From the NCBI GenBank assembly GCA_963667465.2, contig CAXXDN010000002.1, forward strand, positions 224,001 through 288,000: a DNA stretch of 64,000 nt, read 5' to 3'. Each line of letters starts with the position of its first letter. The stretch's first letter is position 1. Shown here one piece after another: positions 46,523 to 55,226 of the stretch. The stretch is from Dehalococcoidia bacterium. Lineage in GTDB: Bacteria > Chloroflexota > Dehalococcoidia > UBA2979. Under the pieces are notes generated by a model, which did no database searches, was not told the DNA's origin, and saw only the letters and a program-made list of their open reading frames with translations. A program made the translations under genes and the position numbers.

Positions 46523-49003
46523 CTACCTCAGAACGAGGTTGAGCATCCGGCCGGGCACGTAGATCACTCGCTCCGGTTCGCGGCCGTCGAGCAGCTCGGC
46601 GACACGCGGCCGGGACCCGGCCAGTGCCCGCACCTCCTCCTCCGATGCCGTCGGCGACACGTCGATGCGGTCGCGCAGGCGGCCATTGATCTGCACCGGC
46701 AGCTCCACCGTCTCGAGGACGCTGAGGGCGGGATCGACCGCCGGCCAGTCCTGCTGGTGTACCGAGTAGGGCTGCCCGATGCGCTCCCACAGCTCCTCGG
46801 CGATGTGCGGGCAGACCGGGGCGAGCATCAGTAGCAACAGCCGCAGCGACTCGTTCCAGTCGGCCTCGTCGACGGGCCCGGCCTCGCGGGTCCGCACCAG
46901 CGTGTTGGTCAACTCCATCATCGCGGCGACCGCGGTGTTGAGGTGGAAGCCGGCGTAGTCCTCGGTGACGCGCTCCAGCGTGCGGTGCGCCTCGCGCAGC
47001 GCCGCGCGGGATGCGCCGCCTGCCGCGCCGCCCCCCACCGCCGGATCGGCGGCGAGGCCCCAGACCCGCCTCAGCCAGCGGGCGACGCCGACGATGCCCT
47101 CGACGTCATAGGGGCCGCCCTGGTCCCAGGGCCCCAGGAACATCAGGTAGGCGCGGAAGGTGTCGGCCCCCCATTGCTCGACCTGGTCGTCGGGCGGGAC
47201 GACGTTGCCGCGCGACTTGGACATGCGCCGCCCGTCCGGGCCGAGGATCTGGCCCTGCGCGAAGTAGCGCGTGAACGGCTCATCGCCGGGGACGATCCCG
47301 GCGTCGCGTGCGGCCTTGTAGAAGAAGCGGGCGTAGAGCAGGTGCATCGTCGCGTGCTCGGCGCCGCCGGTGTACTGGTCCACCGGGAGCCAGGCGGTGG
47401 CGGGATCGGGCGCGATTGCCGCCTCGCCGTTCACGGCGTCTGCGTAGCGCATGTAGTACCACGAGGAGCACATGAAGGTGTCCATCGTGTCCGTCTCGCG
47501 CCGCGCCGGTCCCTCGCACTCCGGGCAGGTGGTGCGCACGAAGTCATCGGAGAGCGCGAGCGGCGACTGGCCTGTCGGGAGGAACTCGACGTCGTAGGGC
47601 AGCGCGACCGGCAGCTCGTCCTCGGGCACGGGGACGATGCCGCACTGGCCGGCGCAGTAGACCATCGGGATCGGCGCGCCCCAGTAGCGCTGGCGCGAGA
47701 TCAGCCAGTCGCGGAGGCGGTACTGGATCTTCGGTCCGCCCCAGCCCTGCGCCTCGAGGTGTGCCGTGACCGTCGCCTTGCCCTCCTCCGAGGGCAGCCC
47801 GTCGAAGCTCCCGGAGTTGACCAGCGTGCCCGCCTCGACGAATGCCTCGGCGAGCGGCTTGCCGTCCCACTCGGGCGGCGCGATCACCACCTGGATGGGC
47901 AGCCCGAACTTCTCCGCGAACTCGAAGTCGCGCTGGTCGTGCGCGGGCACGGCCATCACCGCGCCCGTGCCGTAGGTGGCGAGGGCGTAGTCGGCGATCC
48001 AGATCGGGACGCGGTCGCCCGTGAGGTGGTTGACGCACCAGGCGCCGGTGAAGACGCCGGTCTTCTCGCGGTCGGTCGCCTGCCGCTCCAGCTCGGAGGC
48101 GAGCCCCGCGGCGCGCACGTAGGCCTCGACCTCGGCGCGCTGCTCCTCCGTCGTGATCTCCCGTACGAGCCGATGCTCCGGGGCGAGCACCATGAACGTC
48201 ACGCCGTGCAGCGTGTCGGGGCGGGTGGTGAAGACGCGGATCTCGTCGGTGCCGTCCGGTGTGGGGGTTTCGAGGGCGAACGAGGCCTCGGAACCCTCGG
48301 AGCGGCCGATCCAGTTGCGCTGCATCAGCTTGACGTAATCAGGCCATTCGAGGTCTTCGTTGGCCAGCAGTTCCTCGGCGTAGTTGGTGATGCGGAAGAA
48401 CCACTGCTCCATCGCGCGCTGCTCGACCTCGCTGTGGCAGCGCTCGCAGGCGCCGTCGACGACCTGCTCGTTGGCGAGCACGGTGTTGCAGGAGGGGCAC
48501 CAGTTGACTGGGGCGTCGGCGCGGTAGGCGAGCCCCTGGCGGTAGAGCTGGAGGAACCACCACTGCGTCCAGCGGTAGTAGTCCGGCGAGCTGGTGTCGA
48601 CCTCGCGGGTCCAGTCGAACATCGTGCCCATGCGCTTGAGCTGCTCGCGCATGTGGATGATGTTGCCGTCGGTCCAGTCCTTGGGGTGCGCGCCGCCGGC
48701 GATGGCGGCGTTCTCGGCGGGCAGGCCGAAGGCGTCGAAGCCGATCGGGAAGAGCACGTTGTAGCCGCGCATGCGGCGGAAGCGTGCGAGGGCGTCCGAG
48801 GGCGCCATCGCGAACCAGTGGCCGACGTGGAGGTCGCCCGAGGTGTAGGGCAGCATCGTGAGCGCGTACCAGTTGTCGCGCCCGGCTACGTGGTCCTCGG
48901 TGCGATAGAGGCCGCTTTCCTCCCAACGCTGTCGCCAGCGCTGCTCGAGCGCGCCCGGCTCGTAGCGCCCGGTTTGCGGCTGCTGCTCGGTGCTGCTCGT
49001 CAC
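46523..49003 (-). CDS. leuS: Leucine--tRNA ligase
   Basis: MLPYTSGDLHVGH, GFDAFGLPAENAA, FTTRPDT, DWLISRQRYWG, ETDTMDTF and RMSKS; likely leaderless GTG start at 49003. Confidence 0.97.
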   Translation of the reverse strand: MTSSTEQQPQTGRYEPGALEQRWRQRWEESGLYRTEDHVAGRDNWYALTMLPYTSGDLHVGHWFAMAPSDALARFRRMRGYNVLFPIGFDAFGLPAENAAIAGGAHPKDWTDGNIIHMREQLKRMGTMFDWTREVDTSSPDYYRWTQWWFLQLYRQGLAYRADAPVNWCPSCNTVLANEQVVDGACERCHSEVEQRAMEQWFFRITNYAEELLANEDLEWPDYVKLMQRNWIGRSEGSEASFALETPTPDGTDEIRVFTTRPDTLHGVTFMVLAPEHRLVREITTEEQRAEVEAYVRAAGLASELERQATDREKTGVFTGAWCVNHLTGDRVPIWIADYALATYGTGAVMAVPAHDQRDFEFAEKFGLPIQVVIAPPEWDGKPLAEAFVEAGTLVNSGSFDGLPSEEGKATVTAHLEAQGWGGPKIQYRLRDWLISRQRYWGAPIPMVYCAGQCGIVPVPEDELPVALPYDVEFLPTGQSPLALSDDFVRTTCPECEGPARRETDTMDTFMCSSWYYMRYADAVNGEAAIAPDPATAWLPVDQYTGGAEHATMHLLYARFFYKAARDAGIVPGDEPFTRYFAQGQILGPDGRRMSKSRGNVVPPDDQVEQWGADTFRAYLMFLGPWDQGGPYDVEGIVGVARWLRRVWGLAADPAVGGGAAGGASRAALREAHRTLERVTEDYAGFHLNTAVAAMMELTNTLVRTREAGPVDEADWNESLRLLLLMLAPVCPHIAEELWERIGQPYSVHQQDWPAVDPALSVLETVELPVQINGRLRDRIDVSPTASEEEVRALAGSRPRVAELLDGREPERVIYVPGRMLNLVLR

Positions 49004-49009
49004 CTGCTC

Positions 49010-49037
49010 ATCGTACGAGCGCGGCATGCACGGTCAA
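49010..49037 (-). promoter_or_regulatory. Putative leaderless sigma70 promoter of leuS
   Basis: TTGACC-N16-TACGAT-N6-GTG on the minus strand. Confidence 0.6.
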
Positions 49038-49066
49038 CCGTGCGCGCCGCCGTGCGGAACCGCCGG

Positions 49067-49516
49067 TCAACCCGCGGCCTCGAATTCGTCCAGATCGACT
49101 ACCTGGGCGGTGGCCGGTGCGAAGGCGCGCACCAGCCGCTGGTCGCCGGTCACGAGAGGGCGCCCGGCGCGCAATGCGAGGGCGACGTACAGGCAGTCGT
49201 ACAGCGACCGTCCGAAGGTGAGCGCCAACTCCAGAGCCTGCGAGGCAAGAGCCGCGCTGGCGACGAGCGCAGGCAGCGCGGCGCTGAGGCAGTCGAGAGC
49301 CTCGCGTGCATCGTCCTCAATCAGGTCGCCGGTCAGGTGCGTGCGCTTCCAAAGGACGTTGCTGACCTCCGCGACATAGATGTCCGGCGCGAGGAGTTCT
49401 GCATCGCCCCGGGCGTACTCTTCCAGCAGGCTGCGGGCGCGGTCAGCGCCCGGCTCGGGGAGCATCCACTTCACGGCGACCGAGGCGTCGACGACGAAGC
49501 TGCGGGCGGAGATCAA
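49067..49516 (-). CDS. VapC-family PIN-domain toxin
   Basis: FVVDASVAVKW, AEVSNVL, YDCLYVALA and LVTGDQRL (all four acidic residues). Confidence 0.92.
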   Translation of the reverse strand: MISARSFVVDASVAVKWMLPEPGADRARSLLEEYARGDAELLAPDIYVAEVSNVLWKRTHLTGDLIEDDAREALDCLSAALPALVASAALASQALELALTFGRSLYDCLYVALALRAGRPLVTGDQRLVRAFAPATAQVVDLDEFEAAG

Positions 49517-49629
49517 CGCTCGCGGTCTTCGCGGATCAGCGAAACGCTGTCGTCCAGTGCGCCGCCGGCGTGCTCCCTGATGCGAGCGCGCAGTGCGTCC
49601 ATAGCGCGGACACGGTCCTGGAGGCGCAT
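49513..49629 (-). CDS. Short or 5'-truncated antitoxin (VapB/FitA-like C-terminal part)
   Basis: MRLQDRVRAMDALRARIREHAGGALDDSVSLIREDRER; DSxxLIREDR tail; TTGA overlap with the PIN gene. Confidence 0.65.
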   Translation of the reverse strand: MRLQDRVRAMDALRARIREHAGGALDDSVSLIREDRER

Positions 49630-49696
49630 ACGGGAACGGCGCCGCTCGATGTGTTCCCGGAGTGCCGACCGAGTGAGTAGACTGCCGCGCGCGCCC

Positions 49697-49876
49697 TCAC
49701 CATGCCGCGAGGATCAGCGCTGCCAGCAGCGGCACGCCGAGCGAGACTGCGATCAGCGCGCGCCGCGACTCGCGCAGGCGTGCCTCCGGCTCGGAGGCGG
49801 CCAGGGCGCGGCGGAACTGCCAGAGCGTGACCAGCACGTAGCAGGCGAACAGCGCCGCGAGAAATGGAACAGCCAT
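49697..49876 (-). CDS. Small two-TM protein, 59 aa, not in the ORF track
   Basis: MAVPFLAALFACYVLVTLWQFRRALAASEPEARLRESRRALIAVSLGVPLLAALILAAW; TACACT-N6-ATG leaderless signature. Confidence 0.7.
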   Translation of the reverse strand: MAVPFLAALFACYVLVTLWQFRRALAASEPEARLRESRRALIAVSLGVPLLAALILAAW

Positions 49877-49901
49877 GGCGCGAGTGTAGCGGCGCGCCCG
49901 G

Positions 49902-51362
49902 CTAGCGGCCGTCCGCCGTCCCGCTCGGTGGCGCGATCAGCAGGATCGCCCCGTGGAACGTCAGCAGGTAGACCTCGCCACGGGCGTCTGTCCCGAAGGA
50001 GGCGACCTGCTGATCGCTGCGGGCGACCTCGACGACGTCTCCGCTGTCGGGCCCCAGCGCCCAGAGGCGGCCGCTGCAGAAATCGGCGAAGAGGTAGCTG
50101 CCCGCCAGCGTGGGCACGCCCTCGCCCTCGTAGACCACCCCGCCGGTGACGGAGCAGCCGAGGCCGCGCCCGTACTCGGCGATCGGCGGGATTGCGCCCG
50201 CGCGGTCGCAGCCGCTGCGCGGCTCGAAGCAGCGGGTGCCCTCGAGGCGGTCCCAGCCGTAGTCGCCGCCGCGCTCGATCACGTCGATCTCCTCGAGCGC
50301 GTTCTGGCCGACGTCGCCTGTCCAGAGGCGTCCGGCGCTGTCGAAGGCCATACGCCAGGGGTTGCGCAGCCCGTACGCCCAGATCTCGCCGCGCGCGCCC
50401 GGCGTGCCGGTGAACGGGTTGTCGGGCGGGATGCGGTACGGCTCGGCCTCCGAGGCCTCTCGCACGTCGATGCGGATGATGCTGCCGAGCAATGTGCCGA
50501 GGTTCTGCCCGTTCCCCCGCGGGTCGCCGGCCGAGCCGCCGTCGCCGAGGCCGAGGTAGAGCATCCCGTCCGGCCCGAAGCGGATCGCGCCCCCGTTGTG
50601 GTTCGGGAATGGCTGCTCGACCTCGAGGACCACGAGCTCGGACTGCTCGTCCACGGCCAGTGCGTTGTCCGCGTCGACGGTGAAGCGCGAGAGCCGCGTG
50701 CGGCGCGGCCCCGGGTCCGCCGAGCGATCGACCGAGTAGTAGAGCCACAGCCAGCCGTTCGCCGCGAACACCGGATCGACGGCGACGCTGAGCAGGCCTT
50801 CCTCGTTGCTCGCCCGGCTGACCTGTGGGCGCAGGTCGAGCAGCAGCGCCTCGCCGCCCTCGTGGAGGACGTAGACGCGCCCGTCCTGCTCCGCGACGAA
50901 GACGCCGCCGTCCGGGTTCGGCCCGGCCGGATAGGCCCCGAGCTCCACCGGCCGCTCGAACTCCCGCCCGCCGAACGCGGGAACGAGGCTCACGGCGACT
51001 GGCTCGGTCGCCGAGGGCGTCACGGACGCAGGCGTGGCGGTGGAGGTTGGGGACGGCGCCGCCGTCGGTGATGGCGACGCGGTCGGAATTGGCGAGGCTG
51101 TTGGCGAGGGCGAAGCGGTCAGAACGGGCGAGGCTGTTGGCGAGGGCGAAGCGGTCGGCAAGGGAGTGGGGGCGGGCGGTGTCGCCGTCGCCGTCGCGGC
51201 GGCCGTGGGTGTCGCGGTGGCCGTGGGCGACGGCGCGGCCGTCGCGACCGGCGGCGGGCTCGAGACGACCGAGGGCGTGCCGCCGCTCTCGCCCTCGCAG
51301 GCGACGAGCAGCGCCGCGAGAGCCGTCGCGATCAGGGCTGCGCCGAGCGCGCGGCGCGTCAT
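49902..51362 (-). CDS. PQQ-dependent glucose/sorbosone dehydrogenase-family lipoprotein with Pro/Thr/Ser linker
   Basis: LLVAC lipobox; EEGLLS, NHNGGAIRFGPDGMLYLGLGDGG, IWAYGLRNPWR, GDVGQ and SVTGG. Confidence 0.9.
   Translation of the reverse strand: MTRRALGAALIATALAALLVACEGESGGTPSVVSSPPPVATAAPSPTATATPTAAATATATPPAPTPLPTASPSPTASPVLTASPSPTASPIPTASPSPTAAPSPTSTATPASVTPSATEPVAVSLVPAFGGREFERPVELGAYPAGPNPDGGVFVAEQDGRVYVLHEGGEALLLDLRPQVSRASNEEGLLSVAVDPVFAANGWLWLYYSVDRSADPGPRRTRLSRFTVDADNALAVDEQSELVVLEVEQPFPNHNGGAIRFGPDGMLYLGLGDGGSAGDPRGNGQNLGTLLGSIIRIDVREASEAEPYRIPPDNPFTGTPGARGEIWAYGLRNPWRMAFDSAGRLWTGDVGQNALEEIDVIERGGDYGWDRLEGTRCFEPRSGCDRAGAIPPIAEYGRGLGCSVTGGVVYEGEGVPTLAGSYLFADFCSGRLWALGPDSGDVVEVARSDQQVASFGTDARGEVYLLTFHGAILLIAPPSGTADGR
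51091..51156. repeat. 30-bp perfect direct repeat (36-bp period) in the linker-coding region
   Basis: GGCGAGGCTGTTGGCGAGGGCGAAGCGGTC at 51091-51120 and 51127-51156. Confidence 0.85.
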
Positions 51363-51395
51363 CGGCAGCTTCGAGGCGTTCCCGGTGCGCCGCGA

Positions 51396-52478
51396 CTACT
51401 CGAAGACGATCACCTGGCGGGCGACCTCGCCCTGGTTCATCGCCTCGAACATGTCGTTGACCTCCTCGAGCTCACCGCGGCGCGTGATCATCTCGTCGAG
51501 CTTGAGGCGGCCCTGCATGTAGAGCTCGATCAGCTTCGGCATGTCGACGCGGAACTTGTTCGAGCCCATCGTGGTGGCGCGGATCGTCTTCTCGCCGGAC
51601 AGCATCCGCCCGCCGAGCGCGATCGTCTCGTTGGCCGGGACCACGCCGATGATCGTCGCCATGCCGCCGAGGCCGAGCGACTGCACGCACTGCAGCGCGA
51701 CGGTGGCGTTGCCGATCGCCTCGAAGGAGTAGTCGACGCCGCCGCCGCTGAGCCGCCGCACGGCGGCGACGGGGTCCTCCTCGGAGGCGTTGACGCCGTG
51801 CGTTGCGCCGAACTCGCGGGCCGTGCCCAGCTTCGACTCCAGCAGGTCGACGGCGATGATCTCGCGTGCGCCGGAGAGGTAGGCGCCCTGCACGGCGGAG
51901 AGCCCCACGCCCCCGACGCCAAAGACGGCGACGCTCGACCCGGGCTTCACCTGCGCGGCGTTGAGCACCGCGCCGACGCCCGTGATCACGCCGCAACCGA
52001 CCAGCGAGGCGACATCGAGCGGCATGTCGTCGCGCACCTTCACGACGCCGCGCTCGCTGAGCAGCATCCACTCCGCGAAGCTGGCGATGTTGGAGACGGA
52101 GTTGTGGACGCGCTCGCCGTTGAGCGTGATCCGTGGCGGGTCGTCGAGCGTGCGGAAGGGCTTGTCGATGCAGCGGTTGGGGTGGCCGGTCAGGCACTCG
52201 TTGCACTCGCCGCAGAAGGCGGAGCCGCAAGCAATCACGTGGTCGCCCGGCTGCACGTACGTCACCTTCGAGCCGACCGCCTCGACGACGCCCGCGGCCT
52301 CGTGCCCGAGGATCGCCGGCGTGCGCATCGGCATCAGATCCTCGATGTAGTGCAGGTCCGAGTGGCAGACGCCGGAGGCCGAGGTGCGGACCAGGATCTC
52401 GCGGTCGCCCGGTTCGTCGATCTCGACCTGCTCGATGGTCAAGGGCTCGTGCACGCCGTGCATGATCGCGGCCTTCAT
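51396..52478 (-). CDS. Zn-dependent alcohol dehydrogenase (class III-like MDR)
   Basis: GVCHSDLH, LGHEAAG, CGECNEC, GCGVITG and GVGGVG. Confidence 0.94.
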   Translation of the reverse strand: MKAAIMHGVHEPLTIEQVEIDEPGDREILVRTSASGVCHSDLHYIEDLMPMRTPAILGHEAAGVVEAVGSKVTYVQPGDHVIACGSAFCGECNECLTGHPNRCIDKPFRTLDDPPRITLNGERVHNSVSNIASFAEWMLLSERGVVKVRDDMPLDVASLVGCGVITGVGAVLNAAQVKPGSSVAVFGVGGVGLSAVQGAYLSGAREIIAVDLLESKLGTAREFGATHGVNASEEDPVAAVRRLSGGGVDYSFEAIGNATVALQCVQSLGLGGMATIIGVVPANETIALGGRMLSGEKTIRATTMGSNKFRVDMPKLIELYMQGRLKLDEMITRRGELEEVNDMFEAMNQGEVARQVIVFE

Positions 52479-52785
52479 CGTTCGCTCCTCTCGCGCTCGG
52501 GCGGGCGAGCGCCGGTGGGGCTCAACTCGGTTCGGTCCCGATTGTAGGGGGTCGGGCCCTCGTGATCCGCGTGCGGATTGCGTCGCCGTGCGGTGGGGCT
52601 GCCTTCGGTAGCGTGGGACCGTCCGCGGGCACGGGGAGGGCGCTCATGCGATCGGGCCTGTTCGGGCTAGAATGCCCGCACCGGGCATGGAGCCGGTTCT
52701 GCGGCGATGCCTCGCTGGCTGTGCCACTCGTGAGGACGACCGGTCGGGACGAGTCCGCCTCCGCGGCGCCCGAAGGAATTGACCT

Positions 52786-54978
52786 TTGACTGATCTGTTG
52801 GCTCGCATCAGCGCGCGAAGGCCGTGGCTGACCATCGGCGCCTGGGTAGCGCTGCTCATCGTCGCCGGCGTGCTCAACGTGAACCTGCTGGAGAGTGCCA
52901 CGACCACCGAGTTGCGGCTGTCCCCCGGCTTCGAGTCTGAAGACACCCGGCGGCTCCTCGAGGAACGCTTCCCCGGCACCCAGCAGCCTCGCGAGGTGGT
53001 CGTCGTTCAGTCGGACTCGCTGACCATCGACGACCCGGCCTTCGGCGCGAAGGTCAGCGGGGTCTTCGCCGCTGTCGCCGGTCTCGGCACCGAGGTCGTG
53101 ACCGGTGGGCTGCACTACTTCCTCCTGCCCGATCCGCGGTTCGTTTCCGCCGATCGCAAGACGACGATCATCCTCTTCGAGATGGCGGGCTCGCTCGAGG
53201 ATGCCGAGCGCAACATCGAGCACGTCTTCGCCGCGATCGACGAGGTCAGTACGGATGACGGCTTCCGCGTTCTGATCGTGGGCTCCGCCAGCAGCTCCTA
53301 CGAGACCAACGAGTTCGCCACCCATGACCTGGAACAGGGCGAGCGCTTCGGGGTTCCGGTCGCGCTGCTCATCCTGCTCGTGCTCTTCGGCGCCGTCGTG
53401 GCGGCGCTCGTTCCGATCGGGCTCGCGATCGTGGGTATCGGGATCGCGCTCGGACTTGCCGCGCTGATTGGGCAGGTCTACGAGCTGGTGTTCTTCGTCA
53501 CGCTGATGATCACGATGATCGGCCTGGCAGTCGGCATCGACTACTCGCTGCTTATGATCTCGCGCTTCCGCGACGAGATGAATAAGGGCCTGCCCGTGGC
53601 CGAGGCCGTCGAGCGAACGGGCGCGACGGCGGGGCGGACGGTGCTGTTCAGCGGCGTCACGGTGGTGATCGCGCTGCTCGGACTCTTCATCGTGCCGATG
53701 GGCTTCTTTCGGTCTCTCGGTCTGGGCGCGGTGCTCGTGGTCATCGTCGAGCTGGCCGCCACGCTCACGTTGCTGCCGGCCGTGTTGATGCTGCTCGGCC
53801 CCAACGTGAACCGGCTGTCGATCCCTCTCGTCGGCAAGCGCGGCTCCGGGAGCGCGGAGTCCGCCGACGACTCGGGCGGCGGATTCTGGGACGTCACGAC
53901 GCGCCTCGTGACCCGCTTCCCCGTGATCGGCCTCCTCCTCGTCGGCATCCCGATGGTGGCGGTGACGCTCTTCTACTTCCAGATCGAGACGGGCCTGAAC
54001 GGTGTCGACAAGCTCCCCGAGGGCGCACGGACGCGCGAGGCGTTTCTCGCCCTCGAGGCCAACCCCTCGTTCTCCTTCGGCGTCGCCAACCCGGTCGAGA
54101 TCGCCATCGACGGCAATCCCCAGGACCCCCAGGTGCAGGCGGCCGTTGAGCGCCTGATCGCCTCGCTGGCCGCGCTCTCGCCGTCGGCGCCGGTGCTCCA
54201 GGTCAATCCGGAGGGCGACCTCGGGTTGCTGCAGGTCGTGTTGCCGGGCGAGCCGAGCAGCCCCGCCACGGTCGACGCGGTGAACACCATTCGCGACGAG
54301 CTCGTTCCCGCGGCGTTCGCCGACGCTCCGGCCACGGCTTCGGTGGGAGGCATCAGCTCGGTGGCGAGCGACGTCTTCGCGATCACGGACCGCTACACGC
54401 CGATCGTCTTCGCCTTCGTGCTCGGCTTCAGCTTCATCGTCCTGATGCTGGTCTTCCGCTCGATCGTGATTCCGGTGAAGGCCGTTTTCATGAACCTGCT
54501 GTCGGTCGGCGCCTCGTACGGAATCCTCGTGCTGGTGTTCCAGAAGAACGTGGGGAGGGAGCTCCTGGGGTTCCAGCACGCCGAGGTGATCGACGTGTGG
54601 ATCCCGCTGTTCCTGTTCGCGGTCCTGTTCGGGCTGTCCATGGACTACCACGTGTTCCTGCTGAGCCGCGTCCGCGAGCGCTACGACCAGACCGGCAACA
54701 ACGCCGAGGCCGTTGCCCGCGGGCTGCGCGAGACGACCGGGATCATCACCGGCGCCGCGCTGATCATGGTCGCCGTGTTCGGTGCGTTCGCTTCCGGGAA
54801 GACGATCGTGAACCAGCAGGTCGGGTTCGGTCTCGCCGTGGCGATCCTGCTCGACGCGACGCTCGTGAGATCCGTGCTCGTGCCGGCCAGCATGGAGCTG
54901 CTGGGCAGCCGCAACTGGTACCTGCCGTCGTGGCTCGAATGGCTGCCCGGCGTGCGGGTCGAGCCGGTCGAGGAGTAG
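52786..54978 (+). CDS. MMPL (RND superfamily) transporter
   Basis: GLAVGIDYSL, TAGRTVLFSG, FGLSMDYHVFLLSRVRE and DATLVRSVLVPA. Confidence 0.94.
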   Translation: MTDLLARISARRPWLTIGAWVALLIVAGVLNVNLLESATTTELRLSPGFESEDTRRLLEERFPGTQQPREVVVVQSDSLTIDDPAFGAKVSGVFAAVAGLGTEVVTGGLHYFLLPDPRFVSADRKTTIILFEMAGSLEDAERNIEHVFAAIDEVSTDDGFRVLIVGSASSSYETNEFATHDLEQGERFGVPVALLILLVLFGAVVAALVPIGLAIVGIGIALGLAALIGQVYELVFFVTLMITMIGLAVGIDYSLLMISRFRDEMNKGLPVAEAVERTGATAGRTVLFSGVTVVIALLGLFIVPMGFFRSLGLGAVLVVIVELAATLTLLPAVLMLLGPNVNRLSIPLVGKRGSGSAESADDSGGGFWDVTTRLVTRFPVIGLLLVGIPMVAVTLFYFQIETGLNGVDKLPEGARTREAFLALEANPSFSFGVANPVEIAIDGNPQDPQVQAAVERLIASLAALSPSAPVLQVNPEGDLGLLQVVLPGEPSSPATVDAVNTIRDELVPAAFADAPATASVGGISSVASDVFAITDRYTPIVFAFVLGFSFIVLMLVFRSIVIPVKAVFMNLLSVGASYGILVLVFQKNVGRELLGFQHAEVIDVWIPLFLFAVLFGLSMDYHVFLLSRVRERYDQTGNNAEAVARGLRETTGIITGAALIMVAVFGAFASGKTIVNQQVGFGLAVAILLDATLVRSVLVPASMELLGSRNWYLPSWLEWLPGVRVEPVEE

Positions 54979-55226
54979 GGCGGCTCAGAGCACACAACCC
55001 AGCCGCGCACGCCATCGGGCTGCGGTGCGAACGGTGGCTCCACACCTCGCGCTTGCGGCGCGCCAGAGCCGGCGCGCGATGCTGATCCGGACCTCCCCCC
55101 GAACTGTCTGCAACAGGGACCATTCTCGGCCTGTGGTACCCTCGTGACGGTGCTGTGCTATGCGGGGCCTCCGGCGATCCAGCCGGGCGAGGGTAGGTAC
55201 GACTTCGGAGTGAAACGAGGATTGGC

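Noticed and set aside
46943-50149. 1068-aa plus-strand ORF, and similar long ORFs at 24647-27310, 41723-44296, 52522-54651, 29462-31705 and 12330-14369
   Set aside because: Antisense shadows of well-supported genes; stop codons are rare in GC-rich DNA and the translations show no family motifs.
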